The notes beneath the pieces were generated by a model, which ran no database searches, was not told where the DNA came from, and saw only the letters and a program-made list of their open reading frames with translations. A DNA stretch of 51,880 bases. Origin: Candidatus Microgenomates bacterium (GTDB lineage: Bacteria; Patescibacteriota; Microgenomatia; JACPZF01). How positions within the stretch are numbered: the stretch's first letter is position 1; every line of letters begins with the position of its first letter. This document shows positions 30,088 through 40,081 of this stretch, piece after piece. The stretch is taken from assembly GCA_016199065.1 (NCBI GenBank), contig JACQHK010000049.1, positions 1-51,880 on the forward strand, written 5' to 3'. The translations under genes were made by a program, and so were the position numbers.

Positions 30088-30651
30088 TTAATTTCGCCAG
30101 GAAAGAAGAATAACACCCAGAAGCAAAGAGGTAAAACCGGCTGTAAAAATGCTTAAAACAAAAACAGAATCTCCGGTAGCTGCAAGGCCTAAAACCTTAC
30201 CCAATTTTTGTACCCCTAAAACTTCACCTCCGCCTATCCCTCCCTTGCAGGAAAAGTTGGTATTTTGGGCCAAATAAGGAGCTTTATCTAATCCCCAAAG
30301 ACTTCCATCGGGAATATAGATCCAGCCCTGATTTTTTAAAGAGTTAATTTCTGATTCTGATAACGAAGAAACCTTCCACCAATTGGTCTGAATACCCTGG
30401 CTGCCATTTCCATTATCGGGACAAAAACATTGAGTCAGTGTTAAATCATTAAGAATATAAACCTTGTCGCTTCCTATATACGATGCCGTACTACCGACGA
30501 TACCGTGTGTCCCCGAAGTATAAAAAACTTTTAGCGTTCCTTGAGGTGATTCGCAGGAGGGAAAGCTGGGAATAGTTAAGGCCCAGGCCGGTGAAGGAGT
30601 AATTAAGAAGAGGGATAAAAATAAAAATGCCCCGGCAAAAAATCTTTTCAT
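30088..30651 (-). CDS. secreted protein with a C-terminal LAATG sorting signal (predicted sortase substrate)
   Basis: Signal peptide FLFLSLFLITPSPAWA. The C-terminus reads LAATG, then a hydrophobic stretch (DSVFVLSIFTAGFTSLLLGVILLS), then WRN. Its stop codon abuts the sortase ORF. Confidence 0.7.
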   Translation of the reverse strand: MKRFFAGAFLFLSLFLITPSPAWALTIPSFPSCESPQGTLKVFYTSGTHGIVGSTASYIGSDKVYILNDLTLTQCFCPDNGNGSQGIQTNWWKVSSLSESEINSLKNQGWIYIPDGSLWGLDKAPYLAQNTNFSCKGGIGGGEVLGVQKLGKVLGLAATGDSVFVLSIFTAGFTSLLLGVILLSWRN

Positions 30652-30733
30652 GACTTTTCTTAGGGCAGAAGACCTTATAAATTAATTTATAGGGCGCATT
30701 ATAACAAAGAGGATTGGGAGATGCAAGTTAACG

Positions 30734-31984
30734 TCAGGGAAATAAATTAAGTAGGAACAAAAGAAAATTCTCCAGGATGCTTTGCTGTTCTTTTTCTAAG
30801 ACAAGCGATAATTCTGTATCAGACGACTCGACAGGATAGCTTAATTCCCGATAGCCGGAAATACTAACTTTAAGCGTATTTCCTGTTTCTAGAATTGGTA
30901 AAGCGAAACTTCCTCGATCATCTGTAAATACTTCTTTTATTCCATATGTTACTTTGGCATTCTTTATAGGATTACGAAAAGTGTTATTGACTTTTCCTCT
31001 GATTATTGCGGGTTGAAAATATTTAGTTAAAACTTCAACCGCTTTTTTCGGCTGACCGTCATTTTGCCAAATCGCGGTTGAACCGCCAACATTAACCCAA
31101 TAGTTAAGTCCCAAAAATTCCTTAATGCTGGCAATCCTCCTCAATGATTCTTCAATCCACTGGGCTTGTTCTAGTTCGGTCAGTGGACCGTGGATATCAG
31201 GAATCGGCGCGCCGAATTCGCCAAGTACAATTTTTCCCCTGCTTTTTTGAGCCAGCTCCACAATATCGCTTTCGAGTTGTTCCGGCGTTTTGACGTAATG
31301 ATCAATCACGACTAAACCACCCAGCTGTTGGGTTGTGTACTGATCCATAATTAATTTTGCCACGTCTAAGTTCATGGAATTAAAATTAGTAGTAACCTTT
31401 AATGATTTTTTGGCAAATTCAGAAACCATCGCCTGGTACTCTTTAATCAGGAATAGGCGATGTCCTTTAATATCTCCGGTGCGGCGCGGGTCTCCGGGAC
31501 CGCCGTTTTCGCATTCGGGACAAGGACTAAAAATATCTCCGTTCTGAAATAAATCAGAGTGCTGGTTAATAAAGGCCACTGTTTTTTCCAAGTGTTCCTC
31601 ACGAGAAATCTTGGGGTAGGAAAACCAACCTTCCCAGCCTGAAAAATTTCCTCTAAACCAAATCCCTAGACCATTTTTGCGTGCGGCTAAAACCCATTTT
31701 TGTAAAATAGGAATAAATTCTTCATCGTAGGGTGTGGCAATCGCCACGTGAGTTGCCCCAGTAGCGGCAATTTTAGCAACCTGCTCATTGATCACCTTAT
31801 CAAAACTTACATCGTGAAGTTTTTCGCGACTGGGATCCCGCGAAAATTTCATGGTATCGATGATCTGATATTGCCACCAAGACTGTTTGTTCTCTTGGGA
31901 AAAAATTTCTCCCGCGTTACTCTTCCAGAAAACAAGGACCAATAAAAATAAAACAAACAATGATAGTAAGATAATTTTTTTCAT
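30734..31984 (-). CDS. secreted clan GH-A-like glycoside hydrolase with a C-terminal carboxypeptidase-regulatory-like domain
   Basis: N-terminal signal or anchor. A TIM-barrel-like pattern shows a candidate acid/base (CPECENGG) and nucleophile (IVLGEFGAP). The C-terminal beta-sandwich region includes RGKVNNTFRNPIKNAKVTY...DDRGSFAL. Confidence 0.45.
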   Translation of the reverse strand: MKKIILLSLFVLFLLVLVFWKSNAGEIFSQENKQSWWQYQIIDTMKFSRDPSREKLHDVSFDKVINEQVAKIAATGATHVAIATPYDEEFIPILQKWVLAARKNGLGIWFRGNFSGWEGWFSYPKISREEHLEKTVAFINQHSDLFQNGDIFSPCPECENGGPGDPRRTGDIKGHRLFLIKEYQAMVSEFAKKSLKVTTNFNSMNLDVAKLIMDQYTTQQLGGLVVIDHYVKTPEQLESDIVELAQKSRGKIVLGEFGAPIPDIHGPLTELEQAQWIEESLRRIASIKEFLGLNYWVNVGGSTAIWQNDGQPKKAVEVLTKYFQPAIIRGKVNNTFRNPIKNAKVTYGIKEVFTDDRGSFALPILETGNTLKVSISGYRELSYPVESSDTELSLVLEKEQQSILENFLLFLLNLFP

Positions 31985-31991
31985 ATGGGAA

Positions 31992-33605
31992 TTATTGTCC
32001 TTTTTTGACTACCAGGAGCAGATCTGAATTTAAAGTTCTTTCAGGAACATGAATATTTTCTATTTTACCCGAATGGTTATCTGTTTGTATAGTCTTTAAG
32101 GTAAGCGGACTGATCCAGAAAAAACTATAGTTGCTCGCTTTCGAAAAATTTATCCGATAATTTTTCGTTTTAACAGATGGGAAATATACCATTAAAAATT
32201 CCTTTCCCAGACTAGCAGCCAGAGGATATTGCAAATGATCTTTTTCCCAGTGCGGAAAAATTACCTCCTCAAGGGGTTTAATATTCCACCAGGAAAATTG
32301 TTTAAGATACTTTTTGCCTAAACCAATTTGAGTCGCGCCGGGGTAGGAAAGCGCCTTTTGCCAATCCGCTTTCCCCCAGTGACTCAAAAAATTTTCTCCT
32401 TTCTTACTCATCTGCCAAATTCCGTTGGCTCCGTAAGCAAAACCTTTAGCCCCAGATAAAACAGAAAGCCAAAATGCATATCTTTGTTTGTCTGCACCGA
32501 ATCGGCCCAAAATTTGTTCATACCAGGGCTCTAGATTAATAAATAGGCGATTGCCTGACGAATGTTTAAGAATAGTCTCAACCATAAAACCGGCGTTATG
32601 CCAGGAATGTCCGGATTGAATCGTATTAATATCTAACCAGAAAGGATCGGAAAAAATTTCCATGGCTGTTTTGGGCTGATGAACGTGAACTGTTAACAAC
32701 CTGGGTGATGGTAAAAGATCTTTCACATAACCACCGATTTTATTCCATTGGGAAACCTGATGATGCAAATTCTTGTTATTCTGGCTTAATCCCCGGAATA
32801 ACTTGGCGATCTTGTAAATAGAAGCAGATTTAAAGATCAGTTTTTTCAGCTGACGGTATGTTTGGTTTTGTTCAAGGTTTTCCTCAACCGGCGTCTTTAG
32901 TAAATCTGCTTCGCCGCATAAGCAAAAAATAACGGGCCAGGCATGATAACGAGAGACGATTTCTCTCCAGATTTTTTTAATGACTGGCAAACCTAAAACA
33001 CTTATCTGCCAACCCCAACCACCCAGTAACATAGGAATTATGCCGTTATCTACTAAATATTTAACCTTTTTATCAACTTCTATAAAATATTGGTCATTAA
33101 TTTTTCCCTTTTTGTTAAGAAATTGACCACCCTCATTGCCGGCGTAGGGTGAAAAAACTTCTATTTCCGGAGGAATTCCTACGACCATCATCACCATGTT
33201 AAAACCTTGTTTCTTGCGCTTTTTTACCAACCTGACAAAATCAGACCACTTAGTTCTGATCGACAAGCCATACCACCAGGTGTCAATTAGAGGGAAAAGC
33301 GGCTCGTGGTTGGCAAAAGTCAGGTAATTGGCCTTAGTAATTAGCGGTCCATTAAGAATTAGTTGGTTTCTTCCTCTATAAATTCTGACTTTAAAGATAT
33401 GTTTTTTACCTGCCAGGAAGTAAAAATATTCTCCTTCCTTTTGTGCCCAAAAACGTACCGTGTGAATATTTTTCTTTCTGAAGATTGGTAACTTGTACGA
33501 AGATTTATTATGTCGTGAACGAATAATTAAAAAATCCTGGCCGATTTTTCCTTTGAGTTTAATTTCTACAGGCTCGGTGGGAGAGAAAGTTAACATTGTT
33601 TGCAA
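31992..33605 (-). CDS. putative glycoside hydrolase (DUF4038-like TIM barrel with an N-terminal beta domain)
   Basis: LFPLIDTWWYGLSIRTKWSDFVRLVKKRKKQGFNMVMMVV resembles the start of DUF4038/GH140-like barrels. No signal peptide is present. This is a read-based call only. Confidence 0.35.
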   Translation of the reverse strand: MQTMLTFSPTEPVEIKLKGKIGQDFLIIRSRHNKSSYKLPIFRKKNIHTVRFWAQKEGEYFYFLAGKKHIFKVRIYRGRNQLILNGPLITKANYLTFANHEPLFPLIDTWWYGLSIRTKWSDFVRLVKKRKKQGFNMVMMVVGIPPEIEVFSPYAGNEGGQFLNKKGKINDQYFIEVDKKVKYLVDNGIIPMLLGGWGWQISVLGLPVIKKIWREIVSRYHAWPVIFCLCGEADLLKTPVEENLEQNQTYRQLKKLIFKSASIYKIAKLFRGLSQNNKNLHHQVSQWNKIGGYVKDLLPSPRLLTVHVHQPKTAMEIFSDPFWLDINTIQSGHSWHNAGFMVETILKHSSGNRLFINLEPWYEQILGRFGADKQRYAFWLSVLSGAKGFAYGANGIWQMSKKGENFLSHWGKADWQKALSYPGATQIGLGKKYLKQFSWWNIKPLEEVIFPHWEKDHLQYPLAASLGKEFLMVYFPSVKTKNYRINFSKASNYSFFWISPLTLKTIQTDNHSGKIENIHVPERTLNSDLLLVVKKGQ

Positions 33606-33610
33606 TAACC

Positions 33611-34852
33611 TTATACTAAACCGGATAATTTCGTTGCCTCGTTAACGGGCAGAATTATATCGGGAATTTCTATTGCCTGATCGATTAAGTAATCTCTATT
33701 TAAAACTGCACCTTGAGACAAACCGACCGGTAAACGATTCTCAATTTCTTTAATCGTATCAATCTCCCCATACACCATGTCTCCGCCGATACCGTCTAAT
33801 ATTTCGCCTTTTTTCAAAGGCCTTTTACAGTGTGCAAAAGATTGTAAAAATGGTCGTCGGGTGTTGTTAATTGTTTCCTGACGGGAAAAAAAGACCTTAC
33901 TTATAGTAGTAGGGATTTCCAAATGGCAAAGATGATATGGGTCAAAAAGAACATAGCGGGGCCCGTTTCCTAAACCAAGATATCGTAAATATTGCTGCTG
34001 ATTAGGATCGCGGTGAGATGCAACCAAAAAAACTCCGGGGAAAAGCGATAATCCGATTCCGTAGTCAACCACCCCCGAAGCAGGTATCTTTTCCCAGGGA
34101 AAAACGTCTAAAACATCCTGTATTTTTTCTACTTTTGGTCCCAACATTCCTTTTTGTAAAATACCCATCTGAAAATAGTTTCCTACTAAAACCATTTCAA
34201 TCGACTGTTTAGTTCCGTCAGTAAACGATACTGTCTGTCGGGTGGAAAGACCTTTATCTTTGGCCCATTTTTCCATTTCTCCGTTCGTCGCATGACGATT
34301 TAAAAAACGTTTCATATTGCCTGCGATCAAAATCTCAAATCCCATCATCTTGGCGTGAAAGAGCAGATGCGAAAGACTACCGGGCTGATCACCGATTACA
34401 TCAGTAAAAATCAGGCCTTTTTCTTTTGCTAAATTCGCCAACCGGACACCAACCGTAACCTGCAATTCAGGATTCATCGTCAGGAGATTTTTTCCGGAGT
34501 TTAAGGCCAACAACGAGATCTGAGTCGCATAAGAAATCGTTCCGGTGACTTCAAGAACAGCACTGCCGGGAAGTGTTTTTATTAACTCTAAATTGTCAGA
34601 AACGGCGATGATGCCCTTTTTATTAAGCTGGGCAATTTGGTCAGGATTATTTTCTAATCTTGCCGCAATACCGCCTGCGTTTAATTTCTTGAGACTTTCC
34701 TGCGGCCTACGGCTAATGATTAAAGAAATTCTAATTCCGGAGATTTTTTGGACAGCCGAAACGAAACCAAAACCCATAAATCCTAAGCCCACCACGATGA
34801 TATCGATCGGCTCTTTAAGATCTTTTAATTTTTGAAAATAATAATCGTACAT
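33611..34852 (-). CDS. NAD(P)-binding oxidoreductase with a C-terminal SAF-like domain (predicted dehydrogenase)
   Basis: Rossmann motif IDIIVVGLGFMGFGF at the N-terminus, and a C-terminal LKKGEILDGIGGDMVYGEI SAF-like segment. Confidence 0.45.
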   Translation of the reverse strand: MYDYYFQKLKDLKEPIDIIVVGLGFMGFGFVSAVQKISGIRISLIISRRPQESLKKLNAGGIAARLENNPDQIAQLNKKGIIAVSDNLELIKTLPGSAVLEVTGTISYATQISLLALNSGKNLLTMNPELQVTVGVRLANLAKEKGLIFTDVIGDQPGSLSHLLFHAKMMGFEILIAGNMKRFLNRHATNGEMEKWAKDKGLSTRQTVSFTDGTKQSIEMVLVGNYFQMGILQKGMLGPKVEKIQDVLDVFPWEKIPASGVVDYGIGLSLFPGVFLVASHRDPNQQQYLRYLGLGNGPRYVLFDPYHLCHLEIPTTISKVFFSRQETINNTRRPFLQSFAHCKRPLKKGEILDGIGGDMVYGEIDTIKEIENRLPVGLSQGAVLNRDYLIDQAIEIPDIILPVNEATKLSGLV

Positions 34853-34856
34853 AAAA

Positions 34857-36521
34857 TTATTGTTTGTTTTTATTCGATAAAACCGGTTCGGTAATCAGAT
34901 TCTTGCGAAATTCTTCTTTAAGTTCGTAAACATCAGCAAAAGGATACTTTGCTACTAGATTATACATGGTAAAAAAGCGGGGCACTTGATTAACCGCCTT
35001 AAACGTTAAATCATTGTTATCATATGTTCTCATCACAATCCACCTCGCCCAACGATCAGGTGAAGTAATGGCACTCTCCCAATAGCCGCCTGTTCCTTCG
35101 TGAATAAAACGCTTCATGGGAAGACCTGAGGAAAAAATTATCGCGTCGTGAGAAGCGGCAGAAATAAGAATAAAGCCCTTTTTATCTCCTGCGTTATTTT
35201 TTAGGTATCCGCTTACTTCGAAAACATTTTTTTGTGAAGAACCGACCCTGGCATCGTCGATCGTCACTGCATCAAGGTTAGTAAAGATAAAAAAATAAAC
35301 AAAAATCGTTAAACCTATTATCAGGGGTCGAAACTTTACCAGGCGATCTAGTAGGAAACCAGTAAAAATGGCAAAAGAAGGAAGCATCATTAACCCGTAA
35401 CGCACATTAAACCAGGTGTTTCCCGAAATCCCTTGGATAAATAACACCGAAAAGCCCAAAAATAAGGCAAGGACATTAAAAATTAGCGGAGAAAGCAAAT
35501 TTAAAGTGGAGAGTTTCGTCCAAAAATTAAGTTTTTTGTCTATCCAGATCCATAGGTAACCCAGACCGGAAAGCAGAAAAATGTAAAACGTCGAATTAAA
35601 AATTAGGGCGTAGAAATAGATCTTAAGTGACAGCAAGAAATTGTTTTTGGTAACTAAAACCCCTGCCTCCTGAAGCTGCTGTTGTTGGGAATGAGCCGAA
35701 AACGGTCCGAACATAAAGTAGAGGGCGTCTTTAAAAATTAACTGGTTCCAGGAAAACCACAGAAATATTCCCCAGGCAGCCAGAGTTAAGAACAAAATAA
35801 TCACACCCTCGGTAACCCGATATCCTTTCTTTTTCCACATTCTTACAAGAATAAGTAACGTCACCGATCCTAAAAGAAACCATCCTTCGTAGCGGATTAA
35901 CGTAGCAAGCATTACCCAAAACGCAGTTTTTATTAAATGCAGAATTTTTTCGTTTTTGTTCCACAACATAAATTCATAAGAAGTTAAAAGGATCGTACAA
36001 AGCAGCAATAACTCAGTCATGGCAATTGACTGCATATACAAAATGTTGACGTTTAGGGCAAAAACTAAAACTGCAAAAATTCTTCCCAGCAGACCGACCT
36101 GCATTTCTTTAAGCGTCAGGAAAATAAAATAACCGATCAAAACATAAGAAATCATTGATTGAAGAGCCCCAGACAATCCGGAATGCCACATAAAATCATT
36201 CCAGATCGTGGGAATCATTAATAAATGGGGCAGCGGCAACCAGACAGATCCGATCTGCGCCAAACCGGGTTTTAGTCCTTCAACAACCCGGCGGCCAATA
36301 TCCAGATGTGACCGTGCATCATTGTAGGCCAGTCCCAAACCGTTTTGATAGAAAATTACAAAGCAGACAACGGAAACAATCGATAAAAAGATGACCAAAA
36401 TAATTTCTATCCTGCTTTTTAACAAACTAAAAAGCGGCTGGAGCCTGTTTTTGTCTATCGTCAGGTCAATAGTAAAGGAATAATTTTTCATTTTTTTGTC
36501 CTTCGAGAATAATCTTGCCAA
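34857..36521 (-). CDS. GT-C family (ArnT/PMT-like) membrane glycosyltransferase
   Basis: 554 aa with about 12 TM helices, a first-loop YNDARSHLDIGRRV motif and a C-terminal soluble domain. Confidence 0.5.
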   Translation of the reverse strand: MARLFSKDKKMKNYSFTIDLTIDKNRLQPLFSLLKSRIEIILVIFLSIVSVVCFVIFYQNGLGLAYNDARSHLDIGRRVVEGLKPGLAQIGSVWLPLPHLLMIPTIWNDFMWHSGLSGALQSMISYVLIGYFIFLTLKEMQVGLLGRIFAVLVFALNVNILYMQSIAMTELLLLCTILLTSYEFMLWNKNEKILHLIKTAFWVMLATLIRYEGWFLLGSVTLLILVRMWKKKGYRVTEGVIILFLTLAAWGIFLWFSWNQLIFKDALYFMFGPFSAHSQQQQLQEAGVLVTKNNFLLSLKIYFYALIFNSTFYIFLLSGLGYLWIWIDKKLNFWTKLSTLNLLSPLIFNVLALFLGFSVLFIQGISGNTWFNVRYGLMMLPSFAIFTGFLLDRLVKFRPLIIGLTIFVYFFIFTNLDAVTIDDARVGSSQKNVFEVSGYLKNNAGDKKGFILISAASHDAIIFSSGLPMKRFIHEGTGGYWESAITSPDRWARWIVMRTYDNNDLTFKAVNQVPRFFTMYNLVAKYPFADVYELKEEFRKNLITEPVLSNKNKQ

Positions 36522-38032
36522 TAAAGCGAAAGAAAGACCATCGCCGCGCCAGCGGTTAATAAATAATGATATATTTTTAAATCTATCTTTCCCTTAAGGA
36601 AAATGTTGTAGAGCAGTGAGCTTGACTGATTTTTTTCTATAAATGAACGGTTATATTCGTAAGTCCAGGGAATAGGTTCGATTAAATGAACGGCTTCCTG
36701 CTTGGGCGGAATATCATTGGTTGTTAAACCACCCAAATAACTGAGGTACGAACTGTAAGTAAAAAGGGCCAGAACTAACAGACCTACTGCAAGATTGCGC
36801 CATCTATTTAATAAATAGGGAACAAAGGCAGCCATAACAGCCACAGCGGGAATAAGATAGCGAGGACCGAAAGACCACCCCCCCCACGGGTCACCCCACA
36901 TGGTATAAATTAAGATATTCATCACGATTAAACTAAAAGACAGGAGGGTTATGTTTCGAAGAGATTCCTGACGAACGGCAAAAAATAGCCCTAAAAATCC
37001 CAAAAGAATAACGGGACTGTAATATAGCCAGCTTCGTTCATCGCTTAACATCAAGATATAAAACCCTGACGCCTGGAATCTCGTTTCAAAGGGCGTTTTT
37101 AGTAACTCAAACTCCTGAGATTTTTCCTCTCTGGAATCCTGCGGTTTTCTGGTTTCTAATTGTTGCTTGTAATTATCACCCTCGGGATAGTTATATCTGC
37201 CAATCATTTGGGCTAAACTGGTAGACGATCCGGTGGTCGCTTTATTGTAAAGGGCAAAGAGCGATATGAGGGGCAACATGCCCAAAAACACAGCCACAAA
37301 TGAAAGCTTGAGAGAAATTTTCAGGCGTTCTTTTTGTCCTTCAAGGGAAATATTTTTATAAAGAACATATACCGCCAGCGGTAATAAGGTGAAAGCATTG
37401 GGCAAATCAACCGTCAGACTTGCGGCAAAACAAAAACCGAAAATTAAATTATTGAGAAAATTTCTTTTCTGTAGGGTGTTTAGCAAACAGAGTAAAATAA
37501 ATAGGGTACTGGCATGATGCTGGGTAAATGTGGCGGAGTAGGAAAGTGCGTTGGAGGAAAAAAGAAAAACTACACCACCCAATAGTCCCAGATACTTGGA
37601 TACTCCTGTTTTCGTTGCCAGATAAGCTATTAATAGTAAATTAAGTATGGCTAAAACGGTGGTTAGTAAGTAGGAAAAAAGCTGGGGCAAACCAAATATC
37701 TTACCGATAATATAAAAGGGTACCGCCATAAAAGATATTCCGGGTGTAAAGATTGAAACGTATTTGTCTCCCACCTTAACTAAATCAGGAGATGAAAAGC
37801 GGGTTCTTTGCTCGTTTAAAAAAAGCGTCTGGTCCTCGACAATGGCTTCGGTCAAAACATATCGGGAGCTATTGTTGGTTGATTCAAAAGGCCCACCGAC
37901 TCTGGCGTCCCGCTGTGATTCCTTCTGAAAAAAAATCGGGTTACCTTTATCGCCCTTCACAACGCCTACGACAAGAATAACGGACAGAACTAGAGTCACG
38001 AAAGAAATTATTTTTGAAAAAAATCTTCCCAT
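36488..38032 (-). CDS. GT-C-like polytopic membrane glycosyltransferase (putative)
   Basis: 514 aa and polytopic. It overlaps the downstream GT-C gene by 34 nt. Confidence 0.4.
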   Translation of the reverse strand: MGRFFSKIISFVTLVLSVILVVGVVKGDKGNPIFFQKESQRDARVGGPFESTNNSSRYVLTEAIVEDQTLFLNEQRTRFSSPDLVKVGDKYVSIFTPGISFMAVPFYIIGKIFGLPQLFSYLLTTVLAILNLLLIAYLATKTGVSKYLGLLGGVVFLFSSNALSYSATFTQHHASTLFILLCLLNTLQKRNFLNNLIFGFCFAASLTVDLPNAFTLLPLAVYVLYKNISLEGQKERLKISLKLSFVAVFLGMLPLISLFALYNKATTGSSTSLAQMIGRYNYPEGDNYKQQLETRKPQDSREEKSQEFELLKTPFETRFQASGFYILMLSDERSWLYYSPVILLGFLGLFFAVRQESLRNITLLSFSLIVMNILIYTMWGDPWGGWSFGPRYLIPAVAVMAAFVPYLLNRWRNLAVGLLVLALFTYSSYLSYLGGLTTNDIPPKQEAVHLIEPIPWTYEYNRSFIEKNQSSSLLYNIFLKGKIDLKIYHYLLTAGAAMVFLSLYWQDYSRRTKK

Positions 38033-38037
38033 GGTGT

Positions 38038-39159
38038 TTACATTATTTCACTCACGTATTTACCTAACTGTTTTCCTACAGCGGCGGGAGTAAAGTTTTT
38101 CTTGAAAAGTTGATAACCGTTCTGTGCAATTTCTTTTCTGGCTTGTGAGTTTTGGCTAAGATAAGATAGTGCTTCGTAAAGACTCTGGGGATTTCCGGCC
38201 TGACAAACATAGATATTTTTTCCGGGTTCAAAAACACTTCTGATTACCGGCGCATCAGCAGTTAAGACAACCTTACCCAGAGATAAACCCTGGTATATTT
38301 TATTAGGTATGATTCTTTCGACACTGGGATGCTTTTGTAGAAAACCCAGAAAAACATCGGCCTGCTGAATTATCTTAGGATGTAGACTTTGGTCAATATG
38401 GTGGTAAAATTCGATATTTTTTAATTCAAGACTCTTGGCTCTTTCGTAATTTTTAGAGAAGGTATTCCCTTGTCCAACCATAATAAATTTAATATTTTTA
38501 TTTTTTTGACTAAGTCGTGCAGCTTCAATAATATGTTCCACACCGTGAATCGGACTGTATAGCCCATAATAAACAACCTTTATGCTTTTACTCTCGTTGT
38601 TGAGAGGATGATATTTGTAGAATTCATCATCAGCGCCAATAGAAAGAATCTTTATTTTTTCTTCCGGAACACCGAAAATATTTTCCAGGTATTTTTTTTG
38701 AAAGGGTGTATCGGCAAAAATCAAATCACATAATTTGTAAGCGGTGCCTTCAAAGAATTTAATTAATATCCCCATCAAAGAACTTTTCTTTAATAATCCC
38801 TGCTCCTCGGAAAAACCCGTATAAATGACCAACAACGGATTAAAGATTAATTTCTTATGAAATATTTTGGCTGCGATAAAGGCTATAAAAACGTCAAAAT
38901 GTCCAGGGTAACCGACGTAAATTACGTCCGATCTCTGAAGATCTTTTCTTTGACTCCAGATTTTCCCCAACATTTTGTATTTTCTTAAAATTCTTTTTAA
39001 AAGATTTGACCAGGACATTTCTTCCTGGCTGTCAAGTTTAGTCACTGCAATGGGAACGTTAACCTCGATGACCTCGATATTGTTTCTGCTTAACCCGTTA
39101 AGGATTAGTTTGTTTGATGTGTAATTTGGATCGTAAGTACCGAAAAAACAAATTCTCAT
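38038..39159 (-). CDS. GT4-family (GT-B fold) glycosyltransferase
   Basis: 373 aa. It starts MRICFFGTYDP and has a Glycos_transf_1-like C-terminal half ending in a typical E-x7-E-like region. Confidence 0.7.
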   Translation of the reverse strand: MRICFFGTYDPNYTSNKLILNGLSRNNIEVIEVNVPIAVTKLDSQEEMSWSNLLKRILRKYKMLGKIWSQRKDLQRSDVIYVGYPGHFDVFIAFIAAKIFHKKLIFNPLLVIYTGFSEEQGLLKKSSLMGILIKFFEGTAYKLCDLIFADTPFQKKYLENIFGVPEEKIKILSIGADDEFYKYHPLNNESKSIKVVYYGLYSPIHGVEHIIEAARLSQKNKNIKFIMVGQGNTFSKNYERAKSLELKNIEFYHHIDQSLHPKIIQQADVFLGFLQKHPSVERIIPNKIYQGLSLGKVVLTADAPVIRSVFEPGKNIYVCQAGNPQSLYEALSYLSQNSQARKEIAQNGYQLFKKNFTPAAVGKQLGKYVSEIM

Positions 39160-39163
39160 ATTT

Positions 39164-40078
39164 TTAAACGGTTAAATTAACTGTTAGTTTTTTAGTGCTG
39201 ACAGAAGTTTGCCATTTATCTAAGTTGAACTTCCAGACCCCGTTATAAATTCTGATTGTCACAACAAGCACAAGGTAGGAAAATGTCAAAAGGGGACTCG
39301 TCAGCATTTTTTGTAACATGATTGCCGCAAATTTTTTGCCGGGAATTTGATATTGTTTATTGATAAATTGCAAAGAAAGACCTTTGTGTTCTACCGACTG
39401 GGAAGAAAAAAATCTCCGGCTTTGCTTTATGTGATCGCTTAAAGTTGCCGGCAACTGATAATACACGGCAGCTTTTTTAGTATAGCGGTAAATTAAGTTC
39501 TTTTTTTTGCACCAGAGATAGGAAAAGGCATCCTCATTCATACTTTGCTTTATAACTAAGCTTTTATAATATTGTTTAAAAAAAGCTCTTGCCCGTCCGT
39601 GACAGGAATAGACATTATCGCCGTTGTTTAGGTCCTCATACATCTCTCTTTTCATATCCATGCTTAATTTAAGCATTCGTTGTAAAAAATTATGCGGCGG
39701 TAGTTCTAAAACCCTAATTCCCAGAAGATCGAAATTTTCCCTTAAATACTCCCGGACAATTTTTTCCAGAAAGTTATGATCTTTGATTACCACGTCGGCA
39801 TCTAAGATCAGAAGTAATTTACTTTGGGCTAACTTAAATATTTTATTAAGGACACCTGCCTTACCGATTCTTTTTTTGTTTTCGATTGTAAGAAGTTTTT
39901 TATCTTTAATTTTCCGTAACAAGATTGCAGTCTTGTCGGTTGATCCGTCGGAAACGACGATTATTTTTTCCAGTTCAACCTGATGACTGTTTTGCTGCCG
40001 AATCAAAGTCAAAAGATTAACGATATTTTTTTCTTCGTTATAGGCAGGAATACCAATGCTGATAGTAATTTTGTTCAT
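39164..40078 (-). CDS. GT2-family glycosyltransferase
   Basis: ISIGIPAYNEEKNIVNLL, VVSDGSTDKT and ILDADV (DxD) motifs. Confidence 0.8.
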   Translation of the reverse strand: MNKITISIGIPAYNEEKNIVNLLTLIRQQNSHQVELEKIIVVSDGSTDKTAILLRKIKDKKLLTIENKKRIGKAGVLNKIFKLAQSKLLLILDADVVIKDHNFLEKIVREYLRENFDLLGIRVLELPPHNFLQRMLKLSMDMKREMYEDLNNGDNVYSCHGRARAFFKQYYKSLVIKQSMNEDAFSYLWCKKKNLIYRYTKKAAVYYQLPATLSDHIKQSRRFFSSQSVEHKGLSLQFINKQYQIPGKKFAAIMLQKMLTSPLLTFSYLVLVVTIRIYNGVWKFNLDKWQTSVSTKKLTVNLTV

Positions 40079-40081
40079 ATC

